Shown piece after piece: positions 57,398-64,000 of a stretch of 64,000 nt of DNA (position 1 is its first letter; each line of letters starts with the position of its first letter). Below the pieces are notes generated by a model. The model searched no databases. It was given only the letters and a program-made list of their open reading frames with translations, and was not told the DNA's origin. The translations under genes were made by a program, and so were the position numbers. The stretch comes from Nitrososphaerota archaeon (GTDB lineage: Archaea; Thermoproteota; Nitrososphaeria; Nitrososphaerales; Nitrosopumilaceae), in NCBI GenBank assembly GCA_028867755.1, contig JAGWFT010000001.1:228727-292726 (forward strand), in the 5' to 3' direction.

Positions 57398-58321
57398 TTA
57401 ATAACCTGAGTGGAAATTCAACCTATTTGCAAATCTCAGGGCAACAACTGATAAAATTGCAATGGCTAGCGGCACAAAAACTGGAAACTCTGGAATTGCA
57501 GTTGTTCCTGTGATCTGCAGTGTTCCATTATGAGCAGGTTTCATTCCTATCCAAGCATACGTACCGTTGTCATTAAATGAGCTAGCAAGAGTTGAATTTG
57601 TGTTTATTGTTGCTTGATATGGACCCCATAAAAGTGCCTTAGGCATTATCACTACTACATTAGAATTTGCCTTGTCAATATTGAATGCATATGTTTTTGC
57701 TGATTGATCAAAAACATAAGATCCGGCATTTGCCAGAGTCCTTATTCCAACATTGAATGTCTGGTTTTGCCACTGTACAGTTTGGACAGTTTCAGGTTCA
57801 TTGATGATGTATGTAAGATGCATGCCATTTCCAACTTGCCTGAGACCCTTTTCACCAAGATACACAGGCCTGTCTTGGGCCCAAATCATATCTACTCCTT
57901 TAGGAAAATAAAAATCAGTGAAGTATGAGTCACTTGGGGCATAATAATTCCAGCGCCAGACTCCGTTATCATTGGTTACTACGTTAGGTATGTCATATCT
58001 GATCAGTGTTACATTTCTTTGAGTAGGCAATAATAGAACAGACATTGGGCTTTGACTAATTGTGGAATATTGTACAGAATTGCCAGCTTGATCAGTAACT
58101 GTCAAGTTAGCAAGACTGCCGGAAATCATCTCAACATGAATAGGAGTGGTACCGTTTCCCTGCACTTCATGAAGCACATGAGCTGTTCCGTTCCCATCAA
58201 TTGCAATCTTGATGTCTTCCTGAGGAGGGCCTCCAATTGATAGCTGGCCAAACGCAGCTGTAGTTGAAAAAATTGTTACGGCTATTATGCAAGCAATGAA
58301 AAGTTTCAACATAGGCATCAT
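57398..58321 (-). CDS. Exported protein with PEF(G)-CTERM-like sorting signal
   Basis: Signal peptide; C-terminal IPEFP + TM helix + basic residues; start trimmed to ATG 58321. Confidence 0.8.
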   Translation of the reverse strand: MMPMLKLFIACIIAVTIFSTTAAFGQLSIGGPPQEDIKIAIDGNGTAHVLHEVQGNGTTPIHVEMISGSLANLTVTDQAGNSVQYSTISQSPMSVLLLPTQRNVTLIRYDIPNVVTNDNGVWRWNYYAPSDSYFTDFYFPKGVDMIWAQDRPVYLGEKGLRQVGNGMHLTYIINEPETVQTVQWQNQTFNVGIRTLANAGSYVFDQSAKTYAFNIDKANSNVVVIMPKALLWGPYQATINTNSTLASSFNDNGTYAWIGMKPAHNGTLQITGTTAIPEFPVFVPLAIAILSVVALRFANRLNFHSGY

Positions 58322-58322
58322 C

Positions 58323-58802
58323 TTATTCTGAGATCGTAACGTGTAAAATTTTGGCTTCTTGATTAGGACAGTCATTTTTATCTCTTGGAAGATTCACAAT
58401 CTTATCTGCAACATCCATCCCCTTTGTAACCTGCCCAAATACGGTATATTGTCTATCAAGAAACGTGCTGTCTGTGGTAACTATGAAGAACTGTGAACCT
58501 GCACTGTCTGGGTCTGTTGCCCTTGCCATTGAGACGATGCCTCTTAGGTGTGACTTTGAGTTAAACTCTGCCTTTATTGTATAGCCAGGTCCTCCCATAC
58601 CCCATTTCTTTTTGTCAGAATTCTTGGTATTAGGGTCACCTCCTTGAATCATAAATCCAGGTATTACTCTGTGAAAGAGGGTTCCATCATAAAAATTACT
58701 TTTTGCAAGTTTAGTGAAATTTCGTATAGTTTCTGGAGCGTTATTTGGTAATAGCTCAAATACAATGTTTCCAAAATTAGTTTCTATAGTAGCCTGTGCC
58801 AC
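58323..58802 (-). CDS. Cyclophilin-type peptidyl-prolyl isomerase
   Basis: FHRVIPGFMIQGGDP, SMAR, AGSQFFI and YTVFGQV motifs. Confidence 0.96.
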   Translation of the reverse strand: MAQATIETNFGNIVFELLPNNAPETIRNFTKLAKSNFYDGTLFHRVIPGFMIQGGDPNTKNSDKKKWGMGGPGYTIKAEFNSKSHLRGIVSMARATDPDSAGSQFFIVTTDSTFLDRQYTVFGQVTKGMDVADKIVNLPRDKNDCPNQEAKILHVTISE

Positions 58803-59073
58803 CTTTCACAACCATCCATTTTATCATAATAACCTTTCTACACAATCTTACTTTTTCAGTAAAGGGTTTCCTTTGATTATTCTATTGTAACCGCTCAAGT
58901 AAGATAAAAACATTTTAGCTGAATAAAATCAATAGTCAAAACTCTGGAAAATTTTGAAAATTATGATGCAAACAGAAGACTATGTTAAAATGTAAAACCA
59001 ATTTTCCAATATGCAATATTATTACCAAAAATATAGTAACAGTCTTATATAGAAGATCTGAAAAATAAAAATC

Positions 59074-59316
59074 GTGAATCGTACTACTCAGAGCACAAAT
59101 ATCAAGCAAGCAATAAACAGTCTGCTTGACAGAGGCTTAACAGATAAACAAGATATCTACACAAAAGTTGTAGAAGAGCTTGGGGTTCCAAGACCAACAG
59201 TAAGGCGGGTTGCAAGAGATCTTAGAAACGAACTTTTACAGAAAATTAAGATTTTGCAGTCTGAAGTTCCAGAATTAGAGGGTAATTCTAAGGCTGCTGC
59301 TGAAAGCAGTGACTAA
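59074..59316 (+). CDS. Small HTH protein
   Basis: VVEELGVPRPTVRRVA HTH-like segment. Confidence 0.72.
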   Translation: MNRTTQSTNIKQAINSLLDRGLTDKQDIYTKVVEELGVPRPTVRRVARDLRNELLQKIKILQSEVPELEGNSKAAAESSD

Positions 59317-59400
59317 CAAAACCCCTCTATTTTTATAAATATATTTTCTAATTTGGAAATTTCCATTACTGTTATATTCTGCTATTTGAAGAATAAATTC

Positions 59401-59856
59401 ATGGGAAATATACCCACCATTGTAACATCCTGTCTTGCAGTGGCTCTGACCATAGTGTACTTCTTGGTCTCAGATCAAGGCAAATTCACTTTCATAATCT
59501 TGGCAGCAGCAGCATGGTTTCTAGTTATAATATGCTGGCTGGCCGACAAGAGTCAAAAGTACATGCACAAACTTGAGGGTCATGAACAGACACACGATGA
59601 AAAAAAAAAGCTAGCTAATTACAATCAGCAACAACATACCGTCCAGATAAGCTCTAGTGAACTAAGCCATGTCAAAGCAGAACTTAGTGCTGACTTGGAA
59701 GAATTGCAAAGCTCACTGAAGAACAAAGACACAGAGATTGAAAACCTCAAGGCAGAGATTGCAAGCCTTCACACTCTCGTAGAGATAGAAAAACTAAGAG
59801 CAGAATTAGCTAACCTCAAAGCTCTTGCAGCAAAACAAAGTGCCAAAAAGAAATAA
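59401..59856 (+). CDS. Two-TM coiled-coil membrane protein
   Basis: Two N-terminal TM helices and a long C-terminal heptad region; start trimmed to ATG 59401. Confidence 0.75.
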   Translation: MGNIPTIVTSCLAVALTIVYFLVSDQGKFTFIILAAAAWFLVIICWLADKSQKYMHKLEGHEQTHDEKKKLANYNQQQHTVQISSSELSHVKAELSADLEELQSSLKNKDTEIENLKAEIASLHTLVEIEKLRAELANLKALAAKQSAKKK

Positions 59857-59860
59857 CAGA

Positions 59861-59980
59861 TTATTTACAATGAGGACATTCGTGCTTTCCGTGATTTTCT
59901 TTGCAAGAAGGACAACTAATGGCCCCCCCATAGTGGCAGTCACATCTGCACCCATCATTTAGCTTTTCTTCTGTTATCAA
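59861..59980 (-). CDS. Cys/His-rich microprotein, metallothionein-like (39 aa, not in ORF track)
   Basis: Manual translation MITEEKLNDGCRCDCHYGGAISCPSCKENHGKHECPHCK* from TTG 59980 (alternative ATG 59998). Confidence 0.7.
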   Translation of the reverse strand: MITEEKLNDGCRCDCHYGGAISCPSCKENHGKHECPHCK

Positions 59981-60003
59981 CTGATTAATGAGAATCATAC
60001 GTC

Positions 60004-60450
60004 ATGTTAATATTTAACGATGTAAAATTACGAAATGTGAGGTATATCACAGCAATACTTGCAATGGCTGCACTTTTAGTTTCAAGCTTTGCACTTCCAG
60101 CTTCACAGGCAGTTGTACCTACGCAAAACTATGTACCTGAAAGTGATGTTACAATGCAAAAATCTGTTGTAAATATGAATATCCCATCCAATCCAAATCT
60201 ACCGTTTGGCTGTGTCTGGGGAACAGTACAAAATGCTGCACCGGGTTATCCGGTTGATATTGAAATTTACAAAAACGGTAAACCAGTTTACTTTGCTCAA
60301 GCTAATGTGACTTCAGACGGTTCGTATCAACAATATTTTAGAGTCATGAATGTTGATCATGGGCATGAAACTAACATTTTTGAGGGAGATTACACCGTTG
60401 AAATTTTCAAATATATTGTAAATTCCACATCAAGCGCTGCTTCGACCTAA
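60004..60450 (+). CDS. Secreted hypothetical protein
   Basis: Signal peptide and Ig/beta-sandwich-like pattern (DGSYQQYF…GDYTVEI). Confidence 0.72.
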   Translation: MLIFNDVKLRNVRYITAILAMAALLVSSFALPASQAVVPTQNYVPESDVTMQKSVVNMNIPSNPNLPFGCVWGTVQNAAPGYPVDIEIYKNGKPVYFAQANVTSDGSYQQYFRVMNVDHGHETNIFEGDYTVEIFKYIVNSTSSAAST

Positions 60451-60468
60451 AACCTAATTATAATAAAA

Positions 60469-60561
60469 CGGGCTCGGAGGGCTTCGATCCCTCGACCTGT
60501 AACTTAGGAGGCTACCGCGCTATCCATGTTTCGCGTCATTAAGACTCTGCGCCACGAGCCC
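60469..60561 (-). tRNA. tRNA-Arg(CCT) with an 18-nt intron in the D-loop (position 15/16; intron 60529-60546)
   Basis: Acceptor GGGCTCG/CGAGCCC, anticodon arm GTAGC-CT CCT AA-GTTAC, T arm GAGGG/CCCTC; removing AGTCTTAATGACGCGAAA restores D-loop AGCATGGATA. Confidence 0.92.
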
Positions 60562-60586
60562 AGCAAAAATCAAACTTGGTAACAAT

Positions 60587-61297
60587 TTAAGCGTAATCGA
60601 GATTCGAAATTATCATCTCTCTGATTTGCTGCCAACTAGGATCACTGTTATTGTTCCATTTCTCATAATACACGACGTCTTTCAAGGCAAGTCTGTTAAG
60701 CCAGCCGGCTGTCTCTAAATCTGGTTTTTCAGCAAAACCTGTAACATGTCCAAGACACAGGTATGCAACGGGAACAACATGCTCAGGAATCTCGAGGTGT
60801 TTTTTGAGGTCATCATTTGAAAGTATGCTGACCCAGCCTACTCCTATATCCTCTGCTCTTGCAGCAAGCCAGAGATTTTGTATGGCACAACAAACACTGT
60901 AAATTCCAGTCTCTGGTATACTGGACCTTCCTATAACAAAAGGTCCAAACTTGGAAGGATCATAAGTGACACAAACATTTAGTGCAGAACCCAAGATTCC
61001 TTCAAGTCTCAATGAAAGATATTTTGATCTCTTGGGGTCTTCGACTAGATTAGAAGAACGAATTCTTTCTTTGTCAAAAGAATCCTTTACTTTTTTTCTT
61101 GTTTGCTTATCTTTGATTAGTATAAAGTTCCATGGCTGTGAAAATCCCACAGAAGGTGCATGATGAGCCGCATTGAGTATTCTTGACAGGACTCTTTCAT
61201 CTATTGACTCGGAAGTAAAGTGAGACCTTACATCACGTCTTGAAAAAACTGCTTTGTAAAAGCCGTCTTTTTCCTCTGGTGAAAATTCACCATTCAT
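60587..61297 (-). CDS. bluB: 5,6-dimethylbenzimidazole synthase
   Basis: RRDVR, AHHAPSVGFSQPW, AIQNLWLAARAE and GVGWVS motifs. Confidence 0.92.
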   Translation of the reverse strand: MNGEFSPEEKDGFYKAVFSRRDVRSHFTSESIDERVLSRILNAAHHAPSVGFSQPWNFILIKDKQTRKKVKDSFDKERIRSSNLVEDPKRSKYLSLRLEGILGSALNVCVTYDPSKFGPFVIGRSSIPETGIYSVCCAIQNLWLAARAEDIGVGWVSILSNDDLKKHLEIPEHVVPVAYLCLGHVTGFAEKPDLETAGWLNRLALKDVVYYEKWNNNSDPSWQQIREMIISNLDYA

Positions 61298-61378
61298 ACG
61301 GTATCCATTTAGAGTGTTCGCATATTACTCTTCTTTTCTAAAACGTTAATATCGTGTACAATGAGGTCGTATTTCATT

Positions 61379-61453
61379 GGGCCGATGGTCTAGCCTGGTT
61401 AGGATACCCCCCTGACACGGGGGTGGTCGAGAGTTCAAATCTCTCTCGGCCCA
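61379..61453 (+). tRNA. tRNA-Val(GAC)
   Basis: Acceptor GGGCCGA/TCGGCCC, anticodon arm CCCCC-CT GAC AC-GGGGG, T arm GAGAG-TTCAAAT-CTCTC. Confidence 0.97.
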
Positions 61454-61622
61454 TTTTATCTCACTTTACGGGCAACGTTGCGGCCCGAACTTAATCGAGA
61501 ATGAACAGGTGACTGTTTGAATCCTCTGCGCGATCAGAAATTATTTTTCCAGTACAACCTTTCCGTTTGGCAGTACTGCAACAAATCTCCAACCTTCCAA
61601 GATGAGATTCTCTGTCTGCTCG

Positions 61623-62924
61623 CTAGATGCTACTCTCTGACCTCGGACTTGCAGATGCCATCATCTTGAGCATCTCTTGCACCTGTTCAGGGGCAGCTCT
61701 TGCAATCAAACTTTGAAACTCTTCTTTCTGTTTTTGCAGTGGATCTTTTACGGTTGTTTCCAAATCAAGCAACTCCTCACTTCTCTTGAAAGCTTCTTGC
61801 ATTTCTTTCACCAAGACTTCGGCCAAGACTCCCTTGTTTGTCGTGTACTTTGCTTCAATGGATCCCTTGTGTCCCATGAAGAAAACACGAAAGTCATGTG
61901 CAATCTTTCCCCTTGCTTCTGCGATTAGGAGCTGCGTGTCAAAGTATGCACGAAGTACATACGGTCTCCATGTGAATCGCGGTCTGAAGGTATTTCTGAC
62001 CACATTTGAGATGCGCACCGTGAGTAGGAACTTGTTTCCATCTCTTCCTTGTCTTCCGTAATTGTAATCCTTGTTTGGTGCAATCACGGCTGACTCGGAA
62101 TTGAGCATCTCGCCTTTTGCTAGTCTATCATTGAGGTATGCAAGTACTCTTTTTGCTCCTCCATCTGACAGAAAAGTAAAGTATTGGTGTCTTGCTTTTG
62201 AGAGAGTTCTGCGCACAATTATCTTTGCAGGTTCTTGTCGAAAGGTTGCAATTCCATTTGTGATAGCCAAGTCGGGCAGGTCCTTTATCAAAAGGCCGTC
62301 TGTTCCGTCATGATTTCCAAGAACTTCGGGTCTTAGTCCTGCTTTTGCCATCAGTGATATGATTGCACCTTCTCGAAGAGCTGCCCTGCTTAGTATCTCT
62401 GACATCTCGTCTGCATCAGGCACCCGTTCGTTTTCCAGTGTCGGAGTGCTGTCTGCATCTGCTATCTTTAACCTCCGTTTTATCTGGATGTCAAAGTGCC
62501 TCAGCCATGACTTCAAAGCTGTCATCATTGCCTCTATGTATTGTGGGGCATAGTCTTCCTGCTCCATCCACGTTATGTGGTCTTGGAGCAAGTCAGTTAC
62601 CGCCCTTAGATCCCTCATGCCAAGTTCTGCAAGCTCCATTGGTGTCATCTTGTGCACCTCGCAGAAGCGAATCAGCCTGCGTGATCTTGTCTCGGCAGTT
62701 ATCGGGCTTCCTCTTGCAATGTTGTCATACCATCTCTTTATGTCAGAGTTTTCAAGCAGCTTGCGCGTCTTGTTTTCTCGTTGCTTTTTGGCAGTGGTTA
62801 TGATTGTGTTGTGTGTTGTTTTTCCCATATCAGACTGCCCACTTGCTTTGCGCAAGCAGTCCTCATCGAGAATTTTAGCAATTGTATCATTATTTAGCTT
62901 TGTTACAATATTGGTAGGATCCAT
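61623..62924 (-). CDS. int: Tyrosine recombinase/integrase
   Basis: AGLRP (Arg I), PYVLR (HxxR variant), MGH and KY catalytic signature; start may be ATG 62828. Confidence 0.9.
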   Translation of the reverse strand: MDPTNIVTKLNNDTIAKILDEDCLRKASGQSDMGKTTHNTIITTAKKQRENKTRKLLENSDIKRWYDNIARGSPITAETRSRRLIRFCEVHKMTPMELAELGMRDLRAVTDLLQDHITWMEQEDYAPQYIEAMMTALKSWLRHFDIQIKRRLKIADADSTPTLENERVPDADEMSEILSRAALREGAIISLMAKAGLRPEVLGNHDGTDGLLIKDLPDLAITNGIATFRQEPAKIIVRRTLSKARHQYFTFLSDGGAKRVLAYLNDRLAKGEMLNSESAVIAPNKDYNYGRQGRDGNKFLLTVRISNVVRNTFRPRFTWRPYVLRAYFDTQLLIAEARGKIAHDFRVFFMGHKGSIEAKYTTNKGVLAEVLVKEMQEAFKRSEELLDLETTVKDPLQKQKEEFQSLIARAAPEQVQEMLKMMASASPRSESSI

Positions 62925-63156
62925 TGGTTCTACATTATTGTCTGCGCGGAGGATATATCTGAGGTCTGGCGCCCTATCCTTATATATTCAGGCACGAGGT
63001 CTAGCAGGAACTTATTTTAGGACATTGGATCTTTTGCGGGGGAGAAAATAAACTCCATTCTGTTTTTGGAGATGGCTCAGTGAGTTTTATCTGTGACACG
63101 CCCTCACTCTGTACGGTGCACCATAATATTGAAAGAGTGATTCCTGCAAAAAACTA

Positions 63157-63339
63157 TTAATCGTTTTCATCCTCAACAACCTCACAAAACTCCAAACTCT
63201 TGACCTCTTTTAGGTTGTCATACTGCCTGCACGTCAACTTTACGCGATATTCGTCTTTTTCTCCCCTAAACTTGAAACGAACAAGAATTTTCTTGCTAGA
63301 AGAGTCTGGTTGCTCATCTTTCATTGGTGGAAAGTGCAT
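63157..63339 (-). CDS. Small hypothetical protein
   Basis: 60-aa ORF co-oriented with the other element genes. Confidence 0.6.
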   Translation of the reverse strand: MHFPPMKDEQPDSSSKKILVRFKFRGEKDEYRVKLTCRQYDNLKEVKSLEFCEVVEDEND

Positions 63340-63448
63340 AACCGTATAATTTTAAATGTACCGGACAGTTGTACATAGATAACAATTAATCTCTCTATCG
63401 GTTCGAGTCAGATGTAGCTAGATTTTAAAATCATTAATTTACTATTTG

Positions 63449-63577
63449 TCAATGCCTGATTTTAGTAGCAATAAAATAATTGCAATGATCACATTTCCAA
63501 ATACTCATTTCTTTACCGGATGAAAAATACATCTGACCTTTTTTACACATGGAACAAACTTCCCCTGCTGTTATCGT
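63449..63577 (-). CDS. Zinc-ribbon microprotein (42 aa, non-canonical start, not in ORF track)
   Basis: Manual translation (T/M)ITAGEVCSMCKKGQMYFSSGKEMSIWKCDHCNYFIATKIRH*: CxxC-x17-CxxC. Confidence 0.6.
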   Translation of the reverse strand, partial: TITAGEVCSMCKKGQMYFSSGKEMSIWKCDHCNYFIATKIRH

Positions 63578-63580
63578 GCA

Positions 63581-63925
63581 CTAGTCACCCCCTGATCTAA
63601 CCTTTGAGGAAATGAGATCTATCTCCGCTTTGCTGAATCTGGAAGATCGTTGTATCTCGTCTATCATTTCCATGTATTTTGAATGAGTTATTTCAGCGCC
63701 AAGTTTGGAAAGATGATCGTTGTAAATTATTCTTCCAAACATGGTATGTCTATACACGTTTTGATCTTTTGTCACAAGACCTAGCTTGACAAGATGTCGG
63801 AGCCGTGAATAATACTGCTTCTTTGAAAGTCCCATTTCTGAATGGGTGCTGGTTTGGGATTTCATCCCATCTCTTGTTGCAATAAAGATTTTCAGTGCGT
63901 CTGGTTTTGATATGAGTGATAACAA
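63581..63925 (-). CDS. Winged-helix (ArsR-like) DNA-binding protein
   Basis: THSEMGLSKKQYYSRLRHLVKLGLVTK…YRHTMFG. Confidence 0.8.
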   Translation of the reverse strand: MLSLISKPDALKIFIATRDGMKSQTSTHSEMGLSKKQYYSRLRHLVKLGLVTKDQNVYRHTMFGRIIYNDHLSKLGAEITHSKYMEMIDEIQRSSRFSKAEIDLISSKVRSGGD

Positions 63926-64000
63926 ATCAATTATCTTCTGTATATGCTCGTCACTTTTGGTGGGCAGTTTACTATCATAGAAATTATAATTATCCTTACT

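Larger units (their letters stand above)
61454..64000. mobile_element. Left part of a putative tRNA-Val-targeting integrated element (continues beyond window)
   Basis: Tyrosine recombinase ending 170 nt from the tRNA 3' end, followed by small accessory ORFs; the other att site is not in the window. Confidence 0.7.

Noticed and set aside
718-63051. Many antisense or alternate-frame ORFs nested in ths, polC, glnA, cdc48, cdc6, polB, lysC, int and other genes
   Set aside because: Shadow ORFs opposite genes with clear family motifs; no motifs of their own
63128-63135. ATTGAAAG, identical to the repeat 3' handle, inside the integrated element
   Set aside because: A single 8-mer is expected by chance in 64 kb of AT-rich DNA; flanks do not resemble the repeat
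63581-63583. Pyrrolysine decoding of this TAG
   Set aside because: No pyl genes or tRNA-Pyl in the window and not known for this lineage; other TAG codons here act as ordinary stops

Overview
Chromosomal segment of an ammonia-oxidising-type archaeon (Nitrososphaerota/Thaumarchaeota, Nitrosopumilales-like; lineage inferred from protein similarity and frequent TTG starts, not from a database search). The core part holds a probable replication origin (three ORB boxes upstream of cdc6/orc1), PolD DP1/DP2, GINS, PCNA, RpoL/TFS, thermosome, Hsp20-Cdc48, glnA, glyA, GGGP synthase, lysC, tyrS and three scattered cobalamin genes (cbiE, cbiH/cobJ, bluB). There are three tRNAs: Pro-GGG, Arg-CCT with an 18-nt D-loop intron, and Val-GAC. 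A ~13 kb defence island between pcna and lysC carries an AbrB/PIN toxin-antitoxin pair, a Holliday-junction-resolvase-like nuclease and a complete type I-B CRISPR-Cas system; its 37-repeat/36-spacer array lies inverted between cas3 and cas4. A tyrosine-integrase element starts at tRNA-Val and runs off the right edge. The best leads are: (i) an oriC-flanking module of four putative DNA-binding proteins, one membrane-anchored, together with strand-biased GTGA, GGTTTT and GTTAAC motif clusters; (ii) a perfect 21-nt anti-repeat plus a degenerate tandem copy at the array trailer/cas3 stop; (iii) three reading frames whose conserved N-termini lack any ATG/GTG/TTG, each with an in-frame ACG at a plausible start; (iv) a triple-cupredoxin protein with Cys/His ligands replaced by Asp/Tyr; (v) a metallothionein-like microprotein absent from the ORF track. 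All coordinates and counts were done by eye.
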